DNA of 64,000 bases, taken from positions 4,960,001 through 5,024,000 of the forward strand of contig NC_087252.1 of assembly GCF_037042905.1 (NCBI RefSeq). Direction: 5' to 3'. The notes under the pieces were generated by a model, which was not told the DNA's origin, ran no database searches, and saw only the letters and a list, made by a program, of their open reading frames with translations. Positions within the stretch are counted from its first letter, which is position 1. Every line of letters starts with the position of its first letter. Of the stretch, positions 55,476-64,000 are shown in pieces. A program made the position numbers and the translations under genes. This DNA comes from Lytechinus pictus (taxonomy: Eukaryota).

Positions 55476-56220
55476 AAACTCGAACTATCACTGAAGGTGA
55501 TTAATACCCCCGCTGTACGCCATTACCATAGCAAAAGTTTCCAACACACAGAAAAAATATGTCTTGCCTAGTATTACCCCAAGACCAATGTGTGAGATAA
55601 AGATCATGAGAATTGGTTAAAAACAGATGAAGTAGTTCAAACTGCAAGATTTGTGCCTAATTTTTGTTACATATATGTTGTTACCATGGCGACATGATTT
55701 TCAACACATGGAAAAGTATGCCCTGCACATCTTTACCTCAAGACCAATGCGTGAGCCAAATTACATGTGAATTGGTTGAAAATTTAAGAAGTAATTCAAA
55801 CCGATAGATTTTCACCTAATTTTTTACCATACAATATGTCGGTACCATGGCAACATGATTTCTGAAACACATTATATATGTCTTGCATATCTTTACCTCA
55901 AGACCAATGTGTGTGCTAAATTTCATGAGAATTGGTTGAAAACTGAGGAAGTAGTTCGAAAAGCAAGATTTTTACCTTATTTTTGCCATAATATACCCTT
56001 ACCATGGCAACACAATGTCCGATACATACGAAAAATGTGTCTTGCACATCTTTACCCCATCAGCAATGTGTGTGCCAAGTTTTATGAGAATTGGTTAAAA
56101 ACTGAGGAAGTACTTTGATGCGCAATATTTGGAACGCAATGGCCAACCAACCGCCCGCCTGGACACTGATTCCTCTATATCGGTACCCCCTTTAAACTTC
56201 ATTTGGCGGGGGGTACAAAA
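55476..56220 (+). mobile_element. Helentron/HINE-like element with ~180-bp tandem array
   Basis: Sub-terminal inverted pair TACCCCCGC (about 55506) / GCGGGGGGTA (about 56207), A-rich ends, about 3.5 units containing TACCATGGCAAC and GAGAATTGGTTGAAAAC. Confidence 0.55.
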
Positions 56221-56380
56221 ATTGTTGGTAAGATACATATAGCCTTTTATATTTATGAAATAGTGGGATAGGTAAGGCTTTATTCATTACTTTAAAGATT
56301 ACAGAATCCAAATGGCTGTAAGTTATATAACTACTAGGACCCCCTTCCAAATCTACATAAAAGACAATAACACTGAAATC

Positions 56381-59300
56381 TCATACATTGGTTGCAAGTC
56401 TATCTTTAGAATCGTACGAGATTTCTGAATCCTTATCGGACTCGCGATCGTAATCGTAAGGATCATCACGATCACGGTACTCTTTTCCCTCCGGTTTATA
56501 GCGTGTGTATGGCGGGTCACAGAAGTCCTGCGGGTCCACGTAATCCTCATGGTCGCTATGACGACTGCGCTGGCTTCGGATACTACGATCATGGTAGATG
56601 GGCTCTGGTTCGGCATCCTCAAATTTTGAATAGTGACTGTCGTGCCGGGCGTACGGGTCGTCATCGTTGTAAGGATCGCGGCGGTTGTCATCGTCTTCCC
56701 ATGGTGGCGGAGGGCGCTGTTCGAAATGATTAAAAAATATATAATTTTTTACCGATGGTGATTAATTAATGTCCCACCTAATGCAGTTACCATGGCAAAC
56801 ACAATTTTTCAAAACATTTGGAAAATATGTCTTGCATTGGTTGCACTTCCAGTGAACTGTAATAGCTGTATAAGAGTAAAATATCCATTCCTAAATACAA
56901 GTGGGTTTAATTATACGTCAATGTATATATTCAGTCAGTCATATAACTCTTTTAACAATACCCAAGCTTAATGAAAACACCATCTATAAGTCACATACAA
57001 TAGAATCCCTCAGAGTAATCTTTTCCTACTCAAGAGTTCATCTAGTTCCTTGTTTACTACTCTTTGTTAATATATGTTTCAGACCAGTCCTTTGTAATAT
57101 TTCATTTAGTTGTCTGTTCATGCAGACTCGCTATAAGTCCCAACAGTTGAGCATTTCCCCTTATTATAAAAGTAAGAAAGATATAATATTCTCTAGGTTT
57201 GTTCCTAGTCTTCAGACTACACCCTGCTTAAAGGGATGGTCCGAGATGAAAATATTTATATCAATATATAGCAATATTTTGTGAAAACAGTCGTCATGAA
57301 TATTCCTTAGGTGGGCTGATTATGTCACATCCCCACTTTCCGTTTTCTTACGTTATTACATAAAATCACAATTTTTTCATTATTTCATACTTGTGTGAAT
57401 AATATGTCTCCCTTATAATGAAATTAGTTGCAGCAATAAATATCTAATGCACTAAATCAGTTGTCAATCCAATTTTTCTAGTTCTTGGAGGAACAAATTT
57501 GAATAAACCTAATTTCTTATAATAAAATACAAAAGAACAAGTGGGGATGTGACATCATCAGCCCACCTAATGAATATTCATGACGACTGTTTTCACAAAA
57601 TATTGCTAAACTTTAAAATTCAATAACTTTGTTATTTGTTATCCGATTTTGATGAAATTTTCGGCATTTTGCTCAGTGATTTCTACTCTATTTATTAAGC
57701 TATAAATACTTTCAGCCCGGACCATCCCTTTAAGCTTCTACTCCCGCTCTTTGAGGCCTTGATAGAGGAGTGCCCGAGTCTACTATCTAGTTTCTTAGAA
57801 CAAATACCATTGGGTTGGAAATGTTATTCAAGGTAAAACTCACCTACCATGCTACCTTGAGTGAACATATATAAATGTCATATTTAAAGGAGAAGTTCAG
57901 CCTGACAAAAAGTTAACTGTAAAAATAGCAGAAAAAAAATCATAAAAATTATTGATGAAGGTTTGAGGTAGAGGTTAAAAAAGTTAATAGAATAGAATTC
58001 TATTTTTTTGACTTGTGAGATCGTATGTGAGCTGCTTCCCCATATATCGTGTAGTAAAAAGTGCAATTTTCTCAAAAACTTGAATTTTTTTTTTATTGTA
58101 CCTTCAGTTTATATCAAGAAATATTTCACATCCACTCCTGAAAGAAATCAACCCCATCCTGAAAAACAATTCTAATTTATGCATTTTTCATTACAGAACA
58201 TATAGGGCAGCTGCTCATACATGGCATCACAAATGAAATTTTTAATGGCTTTCTAAATCTGTGATGGAATTTTCTCAAACCTTCACCAATATTCTATATT
58301 ATTATTTTTTTCAAATTTTTACAACAAATGATTCCTCAGGATGAACCTTCCCTTAAAGAGTGTTTCAGTTGTACAGCATCATTACCCTATCAAAGTGATG
58401 GGGTTCCATGTATTCATTGGACTGCCTCCGTCTATACTGGGGATCATCCCACGAATCACGCCTACGATTGACAAACTCATGCGGCATGGCATAGCGAGGG
58501 CGTGACCCGGAGCTATGGGGGGACCCGTCGGGTTCGTCGCCTGTCTTCTTCCCCTTGTTGAGGGCGTCCTTCAGAGACATGACTTGGGGGATGATCTCGA
58601 CGGGGATGGCTTCTTTGCTGGTGGTTTCTGATTGGACTTTCTCTGTAAGTTTGAAAGCAGGGCAAAAGAAGATTGGTGTTGTAATAAGGAATTTTAAACT
58701 TAAGTATTTCCTTCTTTTTATTTGGACACAGTTTTCAAGCTTAAAGAGCTTATGATGATCATTTCATGTACTTTGAAGGAGCAATAACCTGTAATCTTGA
58801 CAATAATATATAGATATATTAATGAAATCAAAGTAAAAATCAAATCATTAAAACAAATAACCTCCCTGGGGGGTGTTTCACAAGTATTTAAAGACGAACG
58901 TGCACATGTTATTTAACGCGTAATGTGACCGATTTCTTTAGATTATCAAGCGTCCCTTGCGCATGATCTTACCAATACGGTGATGCGTTAAATACTGTAC
59001 GCAACTGAAATTTAGGTGCGACTCTAAGTCATACTAAAACCTTTGTGAAACATCCCCTGATTTGTAAAGATTTATTTATTTAAGGTTCATGGATGACAGG
59101 ATGATAATGTACACATAAAACATTAACAGTGATGTATTATCTTCATTTTTAAATCATTTATCAATGTCAACAAAACTCAACAGCACATGAATGAAATGTT
59201 AATGACCGATAAGACAATTATGAATGCTGCCATCTACAGTTGGATATTGTACATGCTGTTAGAATAAATTGAATGAAATACTCACTCTTCCTATATCTTC

Positions 59301-62300
59301 TTCTGCAGTAAGCCATGAAGATTATTGTCATTATGAAGATGAATCCAGATGCAGAAACAACTCCAATGATGATGTAGATGATAAGATCCATACCTGATAT
59401 TTCAATAAAGGATACAGGTAGAAAAGAATTGATTCATCAAATTATATGGATAATTGTTTAATTTTCAATTTCACTATAATGACATGAATACGCCTGTCTA
59501 GTGTGATGATCTTCAATGAGTTGCACTTCAACACTTCAATTGTATAATTAAAATCAATTATCATCATGACCATGCTCCAGTCTGACCCATCCTCCTCACA
59601 ATTATCATCTTCAATGTNNNNNNNNNNNNNNNNNNNNNNNNNNNNNNNNNNNNNNNNNNNNNNNNNNNNNNNNNNNNNNNNNNNNNNNNNNNNNNNNNNN
59701 NNNNNNNNNNNNNNNNNNNNNNNNNNNNNNNNNNNNNNNNNNNNNNNNNNNNNNNNNNNNNNNNNNNNNNNNNNNNNNNNNNNNNNNNNNNNNNNNNNNN
59801 NNNNNNNNNNNNNNCCATCACTAAATCTTCAATATGATTGATCATCATCACAATAATTTTCACCACAATCATCATCAGCATCACCGCCTAAGATCAGCAG
59901 TCTAATCATCGAGGTGATCTCTTAAATCTCATATTGATATTACTATGACATCTGATTATGAAACCTACCTTGCTGTTCAAGAGTAATAATCTTAGACTGG
60001 ATCCCAATTTCATTCCAAACCGTGCAGTTATAATCACCATAATCCTCCTTCTGTACTTTCGTGATATGGAGTAGACTAGCGATCCCTCCGCTAGATGCCT
60101 CTACCTGCTCTGCCTCAAAACGACCAACACTCCCTGAAAGTAAATATTGAAATTATTTTTGATACTACCAACTATAACAAAACCCACTTTTTTCATAATT
60201 GTTTCAAAGGAAAATATTGAAACCATACTAATGCATTGTTGCAATAAACTTGCAACTGATCGCAAGTCAATATCATGCCACAAAATAAATTGAAAGTCGT
60301 GCATTTGCAATTGATTGCAAATGTTTTCTTGCAATATCCCCTAAAACAGGTACTTTTTTTCTTGCCTGCAAGAACAGGGAAGCATTTGAAAGAAATTTGT
60401 CGGACGTTTCATCCGACCAGTCCTGTTTTATCAGACAATTACCATAGTAACAGTGCCTCTCAGCCAATCAAAATCAATGAAAGTTTTCAGATCTTACAAC
60501 TTGTCGGACAAAAAATGTTGATGAAATACTCCCCAGGAAGTCTTAATATTTCCTTGAAGTGTTGCAACTGAAAACACTGAAATGGAGTCTTTTAGTCCCC
60601 AAATTAATTGAAAGTCATGCGACGGATGGTCTGCTTCTTGCATCAACACATAAAAATAATAATAGCTGGATTTATAAAGCGCTTTTTGCCAGAGGATACA
60701 AAGCGCTGCTATTATTACCCTGGCTTTAGCTTGAGCTACCATCACCGGCGCTCAGTGCATTCAAGGAATTAATCCTGCCAGGTACCCATTCACCTCACCT
60801 GGGTCGAGTGCAGCAGTGTGGAAAACACACCGTGGCTAGGATTCAAACCCACGACCCTCTGTTTGAAAGACGAGAGTCACAAACACTAGACCACGACGCA
60901 CCCACAATCAATTCGCTTTAGTTAAGATTGATCTATCACTTGTAATTGTGCAATTGATTGCAAATATTTTTTTGCATCACCCCCTAAAACAGGTACTTTC
61001 ATTCTTGCCTTCAACATCTCACCTGTTTCTAACTCGATGTCATCCCAGCTCCACATGATAAGGTACGGGTCAGGTTTGGTATCTGTGCTGCATTCTAACG
61101 TTGCTGTACTACCAATCTTGGCTTTCTGGATTGATAGACTGTCAATGAGGGGTACAGCTGGCAAAAAAGAAGAAGAAGAAGAAAATTACTAAGTTTTAAA
61201 TAAAAAAATCAACCAAGAAAGTAAATTATCAAGATATTTAAGTAACAACTTGGCATCAATATTGATAAACATGACAATTAATGATTTGAATCATACCATT
61301 TTCAAATGTTTTGTTATGTCAATAGTACATTTATCAATAACTTAAAAATCTTTTATTTATATATTTTACTCTTGGCCAGGTCATAACAAAAATCTTAAAA
61401 ATATGACCTTCTGCCTTTTCATTAGGCGTTTGCCATATTGGAATGGAGAACTTAAATTGCAGGGCCTGTTGGACGATCTCTATAAGATAGTGCTCCTTCT
61501 GAGGGAATAATAGTTGTTATTATTTGTTTTAATACAATTGTTAAAGAGCCCCCATGACTTGCTATTGGACTCAATAAAAAGTGTTCTTTCCTTTGCATTA
61601 ACAGAGGAAAGAATATTTGCTCCATTCAGAAAGTATCGTCTTTTTCCAAGGACAATTATTTAATCCTTTTGATCCTGGACATTTTCCAGTTTAATCCCTT
61701 ACAATTTATATCCAATCTGCCTATAGTTGTGATGGGGTCGAAGCCTGGTACGGTTACGGAGCAAACATACACTCCCACGTCAGACTCCCGAACCGTGTCA
61801 AACTGCAGGCTTTGCATGGTGCTGAGCGTAGCTCGGGACCCAAGGCGAGTCCATTTGGTTGTAGGGGTGGGGTTGCCATCGCCGATGCACAACATCTGAG
61901 CAGGGCTGCCTTCATCTACTGACACACTGGCTGGTACCTCAACGAGTCTTGGACCATCTGAAAGATAGGTTTGAGTAGGTTTTGATTAGATGTGATACAG
62001 AGAATCATCATCATCATTATCATCATCGTTATCTATAATTCTTATTATCTCATCACTACCACCATTGTCATCACGGTGATTACGATGATTATTTTCTTCG
62101 TTATTATAATCATCAAAACTACCGTAGTAATTTATCATCATCTTTACCATAACCTTGGGGATAAGAGTCAAATATGACTAATCGCCACTCAAACCAACAT
62201 ATGAAAATTATTATCACCATCATCATTATCAACATCATCATCATAATTATGATAGGCATTTATATAGTGCCAACTATCTAGAAATATATATATATATCAT

Positions 62301-63855
62301 CATCATCATCATCATCATCATCACCACCACCACCACTGCTACCATTACCACCAGTGGTTACTTACACAGCACATTGAGTTCCATAGTCCCTTCTGTAGTA
62401 CCTATTGTGTTTGTGGCTGTGCATTTGATTGTAGCTTTGTGATCTTCCTTTGTGACAAGTAGTTCCATCTGGTTACCGTCAACCCCTTTAAACAGAAAAT
62501 ATCAAAGATAAATTATCACAGAAACAGAGAAGATTTAAACTAAACTGCAATAGGTCTCTTGTTCCTTACTAATATCTTGACCATCTAGTCTCAGGAACCT
62601 TGTCTAAATCTGAGCCGCATCTTTGAGCATGAATCCCACTATAAAGGCACTCTGCGCCTTTTCATATCAGCTTTCCTGCAGTCCCCATCGTTTTGCCTAT
62701 GATGAAGTGTTGTGAGAATTGGTAATGAGAGGCCGCTTGCCGGATTCCTGCACGAAAGACAGTTCTGGAGAGGTACCTTATTTTAGATTCCCAGTAGAAT
62801 AATGATTATTTATTTTTTTCAACTCTTGGTGACATTAATACAGTAATTTTCCCAAGAAAAGAAAGGATTGCACTATGCTTACAAACATTTTTACTTCTCA
62901 ATAATAATAAAATGACCAGTAAGAATACTAAAATATTCAAATTCACAATGGGTTATTCATTCTTACATTGAAAAATTATGCATAAAAACTTAGCCCATAA
63001 GTATGAGTTGCACCGGTGACTGGAAGCATCAGTCAGTAAATCCAAACGGCGAACCTACTGTACAGGGTGGGGGGGGGGGGGGGTGAACTATTGTTTTATC
63101 CCCCGACTAGAATAGTATGACGTCACATATTTACACCCATGGTCAATCATCAGAGGACTGCTCATTTTGACTCAGCCCTAGTCATGATAAATCTTGAATT
63201 CCTAAAGTGAAAAAGTATGCAGCAAAACTTAGTCATATGGAATGTTCCTGAAACATATACAGTGCGTCCCAGAAAAAAGGAAATCGGGATTCCCATATCT
63301 CTTTTTCTTCAAAGGCAAATGAATTATGATACGTAATTTAAATAATCACATAATTCTATTATTCATCTTTATTTTGATACCTTATATGTGGCGTAAACTT
63401 CACGCATTAATGAGCAAAACGAGTTTGAATTTTTAATGTCAAAACCAGGTTGCGCTGAAAAATTGGACAAGATTGGTTCGTGATATGACGAACATGCTTA
63501 TTCGATGATTGGCTCATTAGCATTTCTTTTGTATTCTTTTTTAAGATTCTCTCACTGATCCCTGAAATGAAAATTCAGATTCACACGTGAGTTTCTGCGC
63601 AAATCGTTTCTGATATGCCTCAGTATGTATTGTTTGTAATCTGCCATGCATGAACGATTTGGTTTAAAATTAGAGTTTCTTTTTTGTGGGATACACTGTA
63701 TATCCCCTTTTATTACAAACCTGTCATTGTTTCCCCATTCTTAGTCCATACGTAGGAAACACTCCTTGGATTGGCATTCACCACACAGCGACATATCGTG
63801 GTGGTTTCTTCTCGCACATTGGCTGGTTCTGTTTCCACGGCAACAACCGGAGCAT
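56381..63855 (-). CDS. KIRREL: Kin of IRRE-like (Kirrel/NEPH family) Ig-domain adhesion receptor, 3' part; 5' exons lie beyond the window
   Basis: Exons 63855-63721, 62485-62366, 61957-61703, 61157-61023, 60133-59969, 59393-59286, 58642-58386, 56716-56381, all GT-AG and in phase. They encode three Ig domains (last: ATLEC..MWSWDDIELETGSVGRF..DYGDYNCTVWNEIG), a TM segment (LIIYIIIGVVSASGFIFIMTIIFMAYC-RRRYRK) and a Tyr-rich tail ending ATNV*, a PDZ-binding motif like Kirrel THV. Confidence 0.85.
57232..57729. mobile_element. TTAA-flanked long-TIR MITE, second copy
   Basis: TTAA|AGGGATGGTCCG..CGGACCATCCCT|TTAA. Confidence 0.85.
57888..58352. mobile_element. Older TTAA-flanked MITE
   Basis: TTAA|AGGAGAAGTTCAGCCTGA..TCAGGATGAACCTTCCC|TTAA. 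Confidence 0.65.
59618..59815. other. Assembly gap (N run) in a Kirrel intron
   Basis: Run of N flanked by (CAT)n-like sequence. Confidence 1.
60655..60905 (-). mobile_element. tRNA-derived SINE related to 34319-34590
   Basis: Reverse complement of the same head (AAACAGAGGGTCGTGGGTTTGAATCC) and core, with a TTA tail. Confidence 0.8.
63260..63698. mobile_element. Tc1/mariner-type MITE
   Basis: TA|CAGTGCGTCCCAGAAAAAA..TTTTTTGTGGGATACACTG|TA; a related left end lies at 13403. Confidence 0.75.
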
Positions 63856-64000
63856 CTATCAAAAATTTAACAATATCAATTAATTGTAAGTTATCTGATA
63901 AAGGAGCATAATCGTCGGGGCATTCAGGCAAAAAATAAAGAAAAAAAATATGAAGGCAAGATACATGCCTGATGTGTTTAGTGCACCCAAAAGGCCCAAT

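Noticed and set aside
56353-56691. 112-aa Thr-rich ORF in the supplied track
   Set aside because: Alternative frame of the Kirrel last exon; the splice-compatible frame ends ATNV at 56381.

Overview
Eukaryotic, AT-rich, repeat-dense window, most likely from a sea urchin (inferred from the CAAGAAAGA histone downstream element, a GATCC-TATA histone promoter and the repeat types). Host genes: a complete 12-coding-exon Chk1 kinase (+, 12560-30567, 468 aa); an intronless histone H2A.X ending SQEY with stem-loop and HDE (-, 50644-51054); two divergent, open H2A ORFs 48 bp apart (-, 36280-36723 and 35731-36231) that appear derived from H2A.X but lack its phospho-motif; and the last 8 coding exons of a Kirrel/NEPH-family Ig receptor (-, 56381-63855). 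Main observations: (1) a DD34E Tc1 element in a Chk1 intron rearranged into a near-perfect ~1 kb inverted repeat, a candidate hairpin-RNA silencer locus, with a second transposon nested in one arm; (2) the H2A.X-derived variant pair; (3) Chk1-H2A.X-Kirrel linkage matching human 11q23-24; (4) an EnSpm/CACTA-like element carrying a spliceable SAM-like gene; (5) decayed partial exon duplicates in Chk1 introns. All calls come from manual reading. No database searches were run, and family names rest on recalled motifs.
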